NCBI RefSeq assembly: GCF_000008665.1
Contig: NC_000917.1
Location: 1,050,001 to 1,082,000 of the forward strand
DNA: 32,000 bases
Direction: 5' to 3'
Source: Archaeoglobus fulgidus DSM 4304
Lineage (GTDB): Archaea > Halobacteriota > Archaeoglobi > Archaeoglobales > Archaeoglobaceae
The translations under genes and the position numbers were made by a program. Numbering within the stretch: position 1 is the first letter of the stretch; each line of letters opens with the position of its first letter. Below are positions 23,575 through 30,376 of the stretch, in pieces. The notes beneath the pieces were generated by a model. It did no database searches. It was not told where the DNA came from and saw nothing but the letters and a program-made list of their open reading frames with translations.

Positions 23575-25687
23575 CCCCGTCGCATCTGTAAATCCTGCAA
23601 AGCATAGCCCTGAAGGTCGTGGAGCCAATGCAGGGGTCGAAGGGAGGTTTGTTGCTCGTCAGAACGTTGGCGTTGCTCTCGAAAATACCGAGGTCGGGTT
23701 TTTCCGGATAGTACCATGAAGCCTGAGCGAACACGTAGCGAGGATTCATAGCCTCAAAAAGCCTCGCCCTCTGCCTTATCCTTCCACGCGGGGTCTCAAT
23801 CCATATCCAGTCTCCGTCCTTTATTCCATATTTCTCAGCAGTTTCTGGATGTATCAGGGCTACTGGGTCGGGCTGCAGCTCTCTTAACCACGGATTCTGG
23901 CGGTACTGGGAGTGGAAGTAGTACGGCACCCTCCCGCCTGTGGAGAGTATCAGCGGATACTTCTCGCTCAGCTCCGGCGTGCTGTAGGGGCTTTCATTCG
24001 GCTCCCGGTAGTGGGGAAGCGGGTCGTAGTTGAGGTTTTCGAGGATGGTTGAGTAAAGCTCTATTTTGCCGGTCGGTGTTGGAAATCCTCCTCCCTCCCT
24101 CCAGTAGTTGGTTTTGTACTTGTAGTAGTGCTCCTTTCCGGTTCTTGCCAGCACGCCGATTTCCTTGAACTCCTCCCATGTAATCCCCGCCTTCCTGAGC
24201 TGGTAGTTCAGCATTTCGTAAACGTCGCTGAACCAGTACTTCGGTGCAAGCCTCTTGCCGAGTTCGTTGAATATCACGTTGTCGGGCAGAGCTTCCCCAA
24301 CAGGTTCAACCGCCCTGACTATCGCCGAGACGAAGAATCTGGGGTGCATGTCGTAAATATCGTCGGTTTCGAGCCAGTGTGCCGCTGGGAGAACGATGTC
24401 GGCATACTTTGCCGTCGGTGACATGTAGAGGTCAACAACCGAGATGAACTCCACGTTGAGCAATGCCTTGAGCACGTCTTTCGAGTTGGCGTAGGCCAGC
24501 ACGGGATTCGTTCCCTGAAGGTGCATCATTTTTATTCTTCTCTCCCCATTGAGCAGGTCCTCACAAACGCTCTCGAAGTGGCACATTGCGAAGGGCGGAA
24601 GGGCGAGAAGTTTGTACCTGTCAGCGCCGATGGGCAGCTCTTCAGGTGGCGGAACCTCTAAGGCGAACTCCTCCATCTCCCCTGTTTCTGGAGGCACCCA
24701 GTTCACCATTCCGCCAGGCCTCTCTATGTTGCCGGTTACCGCCATCAGACAGATTATTGCTCTGAGAGTTTGAATGGAGTTGTTTCCCGCTTCCAGAGCC
24801 TGACCTATCTGTATGCAGCCCGGTCTTGATGTTGCGAACCACTCCGCGGCGAGCTTTATCTTATCCTCGGGCACCCACGTGATTCTGCTCACCTTGTCAG
24901 GGCTGTACTCTTCAACTCTCTCCCTCAGCCTGTCGAAGCCGTGAGTCCACTGCTCCACGAAGTCTTTGTCGTAGAGCTCCTCGCTGATGATGACGTTGAG
25001 CATACCCAACGCGAGCGCAGCGTCAGTCCCCGGCCTTACGGGCAGCCAGAGGTCCGCTCTGTGTGCAACGGGAGTTGCCTTCGGGTCAACGAGGATGAAG
25101 TGCTCTGCCTCCTCCAGAGCCCTCAAAAACCAGACCGCCATCTCGCCGTCGGCGTTGGTGTACTCAAGCTGCTTTCCCCAGTGGACTATGGTTTTGGGGT
25201 ACTCCCCACCCCATCCGTGGTAGTCGCAGTACAGCCTGCCACCGACGGTAATGCCAAAGGCTGCGAGCCTTGGAGCATAGCAGAAATGTGCAGGCAGGAG
25301 GACGTTTGGCGATCCTATCGACCTCGCAAATCTGAACGTGTAGCGGTTGTAGCCTCTCCCTGTTCCCTGACCGATTAAAATTGAGGAGGGGCCGTACTCC
25401 TCGATGTATTCCTTCATTTTTTCCGCTATCGTATCCAGAGCCTCCTTCCAGCTTATTCTTTTCCACTCTCCCTCTCCTCTCTCGCCAACTCTCTTCAGCG
25501 GATATTTGAGCCTCGAAGGGTTGTAAACCTCCTTGATGCTCGCCAGTCCCTTTGGACACATCGTTCCTCTGGTAAGCGAGCTGGGATCACCCTCTATGTG
25601 CACTATTTTCCCTGACTTTACCTTAACGAGCACCCTGCATCCGCCGTGACAGCTCTTGCAGGTAGTTTTTACGACATGCTCGGACAT
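23567..25687 (-). CDS. Mo/W-bis(pyranopterin guanine dinucleotide) oxidoreductase catalytic subunit, no Tat signal
   Basis: The gene starts MSEHVVKTTCKSCHGGC...C(PKG), an N-terminal FS0 cluster motif, after GAGGTG. A DMSO-reductase-family body of about 706 aa follows. The candidate Mo ligand region is LLPAHFCYAPR. No RR motif or hydrophobic signal was seen. Confidence 0.85.
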   Translation of the reverse strand: MSEHVVKTTCKSCHGGCRVLVKVKSGKIVHIEGDPSSLTRGTMCPKGLASIKEVYNPSRLKYPLKRVGERGEGEWKRISWKEALDTIAEKMKEYIEEYGPSSILIGQGTGRGYNRYTFRFARSIGSPNVLLPAHFCYAPRLAAFGITVGGRLYCDYHGWGGEYPKTIVHWGKQLEYTNADGEMAVWFLRALEEAEHFILVDPKATPVAHRADLWLPVRPGTDAALALGMLNVIISEELYDKDFVEQWTHGFDRLRERVEEYSPDKVSRITWVPEDKIKLAAEWFATSRPGCIQIGQALEAGNNSIQTLRAIICLMAVTGNIERPGGMVNWVPPETGEMEEFALEVPPPEELPIGADRYKLLALPPFAMCHFESVCEDLLNGERRIKMMHLQGTNPVLAYANSKDVLKALLNVEFISVVDLYMSPTAKYADIVLPAAHWLETDDIYDMHPRFFVSAIVRAVEPVGEALPDNVIFNELGKRLAPKYWFSDVYEMLNYQLRKAGITWEEFKEIGVLARTGKEHYYKYKTNYWREGGGFPTPTGKIELYSTILENLNYDPLPHYREPNESPYSTPELSEKYPLILSTGGRVPYYFHSQYRQNPWLRELQPDPVALIHPETAEKYGIKDGDWIWIETPRGRIRQRARLFEAMNPRYVFAQASWYYPEKPDLGIFESNANVLTSNKPPFDPCIGSTTFRAMLCRIYRCDGGE

Positions 25688-25716
25688 TTCAGCACCTCTC
25701 AAAAAAATGGAAGGGA

Positions 25717-25824
25717 TTACTTTCTTCTTCTGGCTCCGTAAAATCCGAAGCCAAAATAAATGAACATGAGGGCGATTATCAGCGCCATCCACGTCACGGT
25801 TCCGACTTCAAGCATCATCTTCAT
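25717..25824 (-). CDS. Unannotated mini-ORF, 35 aa, single TM with a basic tail
   Basis: My own translation gives MKMMLEVGTVTWMALIIALMFIYFGFGFYGARRRK*. GAGGGTGA lies upstream of the internal ATGs. It overlaps the preceding mini-ORF by 17 nt in another frame and ends 29 nt before the Mo-enzyme ATG. Confidence 0.4.
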   Translation of the reverse strand: MKMMLEVGTVTWMALIIALMFIYFGFGFYGARRRK

Positions 25825-25930
25825 CACCCTCTTCCTCGCTCCAGTCAAGGAATAGCGAGATGACGTATCCCACCAGAGCTATTCCCACACTGAATCCGAA
25901 GCATTGCAGTATAACGTCTGCCGGAAACAT
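25808..25930 (-). CDS. Unannotated mini-ORF, 40 aa, single TM with an acidic tail
   Basis: My own translation gives MFPADVILQCFGFSVGIALVGYVISLFLDWSEEEGDEDDA*. GAGGGGGTGA lies 7 nt upstream of the ATG. The ORF starts 6 nt after the symporter stop. Confidence 0.45.
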   Translation of the reverse strand: MFPADVILQCFGFSVGIALVGYVISLFLDWSEEEGDEDDA

Positions 25931-25936
25931 TCCCTT

Positions 25937-27397
25937 TCACCCCCTCACAGCCAAAGCTTTTTCTCTGAAGAGTCCCGGCTTCCCTGGCAGAACCGCGTTT
26001 AGCAGTGAGCCGATCACCAGAGTAACTATGAGAGCGAGATAGACCTGATGCAGCCAACCCGGAGCTCCGAGAACTTCTGGCAGTGGAGTCATCGTCCATG
26101 CGTTTATGGTCACCCAAACCAGCAAGCACGTGATAATCGCCGCTGGGGCGGACCTCTTCCAGAAGAGCCCGAATATGACGAACCAGAACACTGGGACGAG
26201 CCATGAGAACAACCACATCATGGCGGCGAGTATTGGTGGGAGGCTCACAGCAGGAATCAGCGCGGCAACAGCGAGCAGAACGGTAAGAATTCTGGAGAGC
26301 CGGAGAAGCTCCTCATGCGAGGCATTCGGCTTGAGAACGGCCTTGTAAATGTCGTTAACGAATATCGTTGTGGGGGCGAGAAGTGTGATGGCGTAGGATG
26401 ACAGCACAGCAACAAGACAGGTTGCAAGAAGCAGTGCCGACGCCCATGTTGGCAGAACCGACACAATCATTGCGGGTGTAGCAGTCTTCGCACCGAGCTC
26501 GGCAAATTCCGGTGTTGCCCTTGCAGCCATTCCCATAACTGCGGCAAACACGGCAAAGGATCCGTTCACAGGCACGGCAATGAGCATAGCTTTTCTAAGC
26601 ACATCCGGAGATTTTGCTGCCAGTGCCGCATGCAGTCCCTGCTGGCTGATTCCCTGGAAAAACACCGTTGCGAGCACGTTCACGAGAGCAAAGCCGACGA
26701 AAACCTCCCATGATCCGAATATGTTGAGTTTGCCCGCCAAATCGTTGGAGATGTAGAACTCGTTAACGCCCTCCCATCCGTTCTGCAGCCCTGAGCCGAG
26801 AACGAAGGTTGCGGCAATGATGCCTATGTAAAGAATAACCGCGTTGAGAACGTTGAGCCATGCAACCTCTTTCATGCCCGAAAGGACGACGTAAAGAATT
26901 CCTATCAGCGCTCCAATCACTATCCCCACTTCTATAGAAGTTCCGGTGAGAATTGAGACGAAAACACCGAGTCCCTGTGTTTCAAGGGTGCAGATTCCGA
27001 AAATGGCTCCGGCTATGACAGCACCGACCATCAGCCTCAACCAGTAGTTGCTGAAAATGACGTCAAGAAACTCTGGAACGGACTCCACTTTGAGCTTTCT
27101 CGCCCATCTTCCAGTAAAAAGACATACAATTGCCAGCATTATTGCGTGTGCGAAGGAAAACCAGACCGCGGGCAATCCGATGTCATATGCCGACTCCATA
27201 ACTCCCAGTATGTGGGGAGTTCCAAGCACCGTAAGGGCGAGGGTAACACCAACTGGAACCGCACCCAGACCCCTTTTCGCAACCAGATAGTCCTCTTCGG
27301 ATTTTTCCATCCTTTTCATCAGGTAGAATCCAACACCAAGGGTTGTCACCAGGAAATACACCAAAACGGGTATCAGTATATCCCATCTTGCCTCCAA
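25937..27397 (-). CDS. Sodium:solute symporter (SSS) family transporter
   Basis: The protein is a 486-aa polytopic membrane protein. An N-terminal TM1 is followed by EEDYLVAKRGLG, typical of SSS/PutP-PanF-like carriers. The TTG start lies 6 nt after GGAGGTGG. Confidence 0.85.
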   Translation of the reverse strand: MEARWDILIPVLVYFLVTTLGVGFYLMKRMEKSEEDYLVAKRGLGAVPVGVTLALTVLGTPHILGVMESAYDIGLPAVWFSFAHAIMLAIVCLFTGRWARKLKVESVPEFLDVIFSNYWLRLMVGAVIAGAIFGICTLETQGLGVFVSILTGTSIEVGIVIGALIGILYVVLSGMKEVAWLNVLNAVILYIGIIAATFVLGSGLQNGWEGVNEFYISNDLAGKLNIFGSWEVFVGFALVNVLATVFFQGISQQGLHAALAAKSPDVLRKAMLIAVPVNGSFAVFAAVMGMAARATPEFAELGAKTATPAMIVSVLPTWASALLLATCLVAVLSSYAITLLAPTTIFVNDIYKAVLKPNASHEELLRLSRILTVLLAVAALIPAVSLPPILAAMMWLFSWLVPVFWFVIFGLFWKRSAPAAIITCLLVWVTINAWTMTPLPEVLGAPGWLHQVYLALIVTLVIGSLLNAVLPGKPGLFREKALAVRG

Positions 27398-27414
27398 AAT
27401 ACCACCTCCTGCAA

Positions 27415-28362
27415 TTAACCATCCTCCAAAATCAATTTGAGAATCTTCGCCAGCTGATCATCTCTCCACTTCGCAAGCTCATCGTATGACATTCTTTTGA
27501 TGATATCGTACCCCTCCATTGATTTGAGTATGGCGTCAAATGAGCCTTCCGGATACTCCGACCAGTTCGCCAGATCAGACCACAGTCGCCTGTAGTGGTC
27601 ATCGAAGAATTCGAGGAAGTACTTCATCCCGCCCTGACCACCACCGAGATGGTAGGTGAGGTAAACCCCAGTAATCGCCCATCTGATTCCCGGACCGTAT
27701 TTAACTGCCACATCTATCTCCTCAGGTGTGGCTATTCCCTGATAAACGAGGTTCACCGCCTCCCTCCACAGTGCTGCAGCAAGTCTGTTCGCCACCATTC
27801 CCGGAACGTCCTTCTTTACGACGATGGGCTTCTTGCCCATTCTCTCCATGAATTCAACTGTTTTCTCTGTGCAGCTTTCGTCCGTCTGCTTTCTCGGAAC
27901 GACCTCAACAAGCGGAATGAGGTGGGGCGGATTGTACGGATGGGCGGTAATGCACCTCTCGGGATGCTTTCTGGCAGCGGTCTGAATTTCTGATATGCTC
28001 AGACCTGATGTGCTCGTGGCGAGAATCGTTTCCGGTTCTGCAATTGCATCCATCTTTTCAAAAAGGTCTCTCTTAACTTCCAGCTTTTCCACCGCCGACT
28101 CCTGAACGTAGTATGCCCCTTTCAGTGCCTCTTCGAGGTTTTCAGTGAATTTAACTCTGCTCAGGGCGCTTTTCACGTCATCCTCACTACCAGAAAAAAT
28201 TTCACTGAGAGTTGAAACTGTGCGAGCGATGCTCGCTTCTGCCCTATTCAGAGCCTCAGGAAACGGGTCGTAAACCGCAACGTCACAACCACGCCAAGCA
28301 AAAAGTGACGCCCAGCTTGCGCCAACTGTTCCGGCGCCAATGCAGGCAACCTTTACGCCCAC
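27415..28362 (-). CDS. 3-hydroxyacyl dehydrogenase family, L-carnitine dehydrogenase / lambda-crystallin (free 3-hydroxy-acid) branch
   Basis: CIGAGTVGASWASLFAWRGCDV resembles the GxGxxGxxWA signature of LcdH/CRYL1-type enzymes, and HPYNPPHLIPLVEV is present. The GTG start follows GGAGGGG and overlaps the SDR 3' end by 10 nt. Confidence 0.75.
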   Translation of the reverse strand: MGVKVACIGAGTVGASWASLFAWRGCDVAVYDPFPEALNRAEASIARTVSTLSEIFSGSEDDVKSALSRVKFTENLEEALKGAYYVQESAVEKLEVKRDLFEKMDAIAEPETILATSTSGLSISEIQTAARKHPERCITAHPYNPPHLIPLVEVVPRKQTDESCTEKTVEFMERMGKKPIVVKKDVPGMVANRLAAALWREAVNLVYQGIATPEEIDVAVKYGPGIRWAITGVYLTYHLGGGQGGMKYFLEFFDDHYRRLWSDLANWSEYPEGSFDAILKSMEGYDIIKRMSYDELAKWRDDQLAKILKLILEDG

Positions 28363-29198
28363 GAAGTAACCCCTCCATCGATGTAGAGTATCTGCCCTGT
28401 CACGAAGTTCGACGCGTCAGAGGCGAAGAAAACAACTGCACCAATAAGGTCGTCTGGATACCCCCACCTTCCGAGAAGAATGCGCGATTTCATCGTCTTT
28501 GATAGTTCAGGATCCTTCATGATGTGGGCGGTGAGCGGTGTCGCAATTACTGTCGGGGCTATTGCGTTCACGAGGATGTTGTATTTTGCCCATTCACACG
28601 CCAGCTGTTTTGTTATCATGTTGACGGCAGCCTTACTGGAGCAGTAGGCGATGTAGTTTTTGGGCATACCGTAGCTGCTTCTGACAGAGGACACGTTGAT
28701 TATTTTCCCTCCATTCTGCTTGACCATCACCTTGCCGACCTCTCTGCAAACCAGGAACACTCCCGTGACGTTTGCATCCATGACCTTGTTCCAGTCTTCC
28801 AGCGGATACTCCTCAGCAGGTTTCGGAATGTTTATCCCCGCGCAGTTAACGAGGATGTCAATCCTGCCGAACTCCTCCACCGTCCTGTTCACAAGATTTG
28901 CTACATCCTCCTCGCTTGTGATGTCGCACTTTACTGCCAGTGCTCTTTGCCCAAGCTTTTCTATGCTTTCCTTCAGTTTTTCCAGCACCTCCAGTCTTCT
29001 TCCCACCACAACAACGTCGCACCCAAAGTCCGCCAGTCCGAGAGCGATTGGCCCACCAAGTCCACCGGTGGCACCTGTGACAATGGCCACCTTTCCGGTC
29101 AAGTCAAACATCTTTCTGTACCCCATCGAACCGCTCTGAATTCTCTCCTCCAGAGATTTCTCGTAATCCTCTATGGACTCGAAAACCTCCTTTACCAT
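28353..29198 (-). CDS. Classical short-chain dehydrogenase/reductase with a 35-aa N-terminal extension
   Basis: TGATGGLG, NCAGI, and Ser...YCSSKAA (the YxxxK motif) are present. The ATG at 29198 lies 7 nt after GAGGTGG, which overlaps the cupin stop. Confidence 0.85.
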   Translation of the reverse strand: MVKEVFESIEDYEKSLEERIQSGSMGYRKMFDLTGKVAIVTGATGGLGGPIALGLADFGCDVVVVGRRLEVLEKLKESIEKLGQRALAVKCDITSEEDVANLVNRTVEEFGRIDILVNCAGINIPKPAEEYPLEDWNKVMDANVTGVFLVCREVGKVMVKQNGGKIINVSSVRSSYGMPKNYIAYCSSKAAVNMITKQLACEWAKYNILVNAIAPTVIATPLTAHIMKDPELSKTMKSRILLGRWGYPDDLIGAVVFFASDASNFVTGQILYIDGGVTSWA

Positions 29199-29208
29199 TT
29201 TGACCACC

Positions 29209-29553
29209 TCACGCCTTGGGGTAGCTCGCAATTACAAGCATTGTTGCCGGCATGTTCGTCTCGTTTACCAGGTACCTCGACTCGCCCGGCGGAATGTACA
29301 GGGAGTCCATCGGCCCCAGCTCAATTTTCTCCCCGCCTTCCTTCACTACGGTCATCTTTCCGCTCAGCACTATGTACACCTTCTCAATGTCGCTCTTGTC
29401 CCAGTCTGCACCTCCTCCGGGGAGAAAATGAGACAGACCAACCCAGAAGTTCTCAGAGCCTGTGGTTTCCTTGTGATGCAGCCTCAAAGCAACCATGTTA
29501 AAATGGCCCGGCGCCTCGTATGGTTTCACATCATCTATGCAGACCTTCTTCAT
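29209..29553 (-). CDS. Small cupin-fold protein
   Basis: The 114-aa protein has a beta-barrel pattern (...FLPGGGADWDKSDIEKVYIVLSGKMTV...ELGPMDSLYIPPGE...). No canonical HxH metal motif was seen. Confidence 0.65.
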   Translation of the reverse strand: MKKVCIDDVKPYEAPGHFNMVALRLHHKETTGSENFWVGLSHFLPGGGADWDKSDIEKVYIVLSGKMTVVKEGGEKIELGPMDSLYIPPGESRYLVNETNMPATMLVIASYPKA

Positions 29554-29571
29554 GATTTAGCTTCAAAAAAG

Positions 29572-29580
29572 TTAATTTAA
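29572..29580 (-). promoter_or_regulatory. Candidate TATA box (TTAAATTAA) for the cupin-to-FeS operon, leaderless
   Basis: It is centred about 23 nt upstream of the ATG at 29553. Confidence 0.45.
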
Positions 29581-29590
29581 GTATGTTTTC

Positions 29591-29637
29591 AATATCATTA
29601 CATATCATTATACAATGTGGTTCGACTCTACATATCA
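29591..29637. promoter_or_regulatory. Direct repeats ATATCATTA x2 (29592-29600, 29602-29610) plus a third ACATATCA (29630-29637)
   Basis: Read directly. They lie 40-85 nt upstream of the cupin start, just beyond the TATA candidate. Confidence 0.4.
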
Positions 29638-29644
29638 GCCACAC

Positions 29645-29658
29645 CTCGTTTAAACGAG
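29645..29658. repeat. Perfect 14-bp palindrome CTCGTTTAAACGAG
   Basis: Read directly. It lies between the F420-reductase stop and the cupin promoter. Confidence 0.7.
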
Positions 29659-29718
29659 CTTCGCTTGAACAATTCGAAAAATCTGTTAAAGAAAAGGTAA
29701 ATACTACAAATAGAAATT

Positions 29719-30360
29719 TTAGCGAAATGAAATTCCAAGTTCTCCAGTTTTGTTCCTTTTCATCACGTTGAGTATAAGCGGCGTCAGGGATTCCACCAGA
29801 TGAGCGTTTGAAAGCCCGCCAGCATCCAGGGCTCTCAGCCCCGAAATTTTCTCAGTAAGGTCAACAACCACCTCTTTTGCACCGCTGTCACCGCAAATCG
29901 GGACGTCCCACTCGAACTCTTCGCCAAGATTTGCGAACCTCCTTGCGGGAATCGAGTGGTATGCTGCAACTACGCTGCTTTCTTCCAGTACTGACGCAAG
30001 CTTCTCTGCTGCCGAGCCCTCCTCAGGTCTGACGTAAACGAAGTTATCGCCGACTTTTTTCATAGGCACCAGCGGTGAGATTACCACCTTCCCCGCCAGC
30101 TGCCTTTTCAGCATTTCCGCTGTGTCAAAGGCGAACTCCCACGGAATCGTGAATACAGCAACATCGCAGGTTTCTGCGGCATCCTCATTTCGCATTCCTA
30201 TTATGGATGCATCGCCGACCTTTTTCAGGTAATCCGATGCCAGTTTCTCAGCCTTTTCAAGCTTTCTTGAGCCAACTATGATTTCGTAGCCCAGCTTGCC
30301 CCATCGCAGAGCCAGACCTTCCCCAAGGTTGCCCGTACCTCCAAGAAGGGCGATTTTCAT
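29719..30360 (-). CDS. NADPH-dependent F420 reductase (NpdG/Fno family)
   Basis: MKIALLGGTGNLGEGLALRWGKLGYEIIVGSR is the Fno/NpdG N-terminal signature. The length is 213 aa. Confidence 0.85.
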   Translation of the reverse strand: MKIALLGGTGNLGEGLALRWGKLGYEIIVGSRKLEKAEKLASDYLKKVGDASIIGMRNEDAAETCDVAVFTIPWEFAFDTAEMLKRQLAGKVVISPLVPMKKVGDNFVYVRPEEGSAAEKLASVLEESSVVAAYHSIPARRFANLGEEFEWDVPICGDSGAKEVVVDLTEKISGLRALDAGGLSNAHLVESLTPLILNVMKRNKTGELGISFR

Positions 30361-30376
30361 TGCACCACCAAAAAAG

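Noticed and set aside
23567-25687. Selenocysteine (in-frame UGA) at the Mo-enzyme active site
   Set aside because: The ORF is uninterrupted, and the candidate ligand position is an ordinary Cys codon.
25688-25792. N-terminal 35-aa extension of the Mo-enzyme ORF, which could have hidden a Tat signal
   Set aside because: It contains no RRxF motif or hydrophobic core. GAGGTG precedes the ATG at 25687. The region is better explained by the 35-aa mini-ORF in another frame.
28524-29501. 325-aa plus-strand ORF
   Set aside because: It is antisense to the SDR and cupin genes, low in complexity (Ser/Pro/Leu/Cys), and has no motifs or plausible start context.
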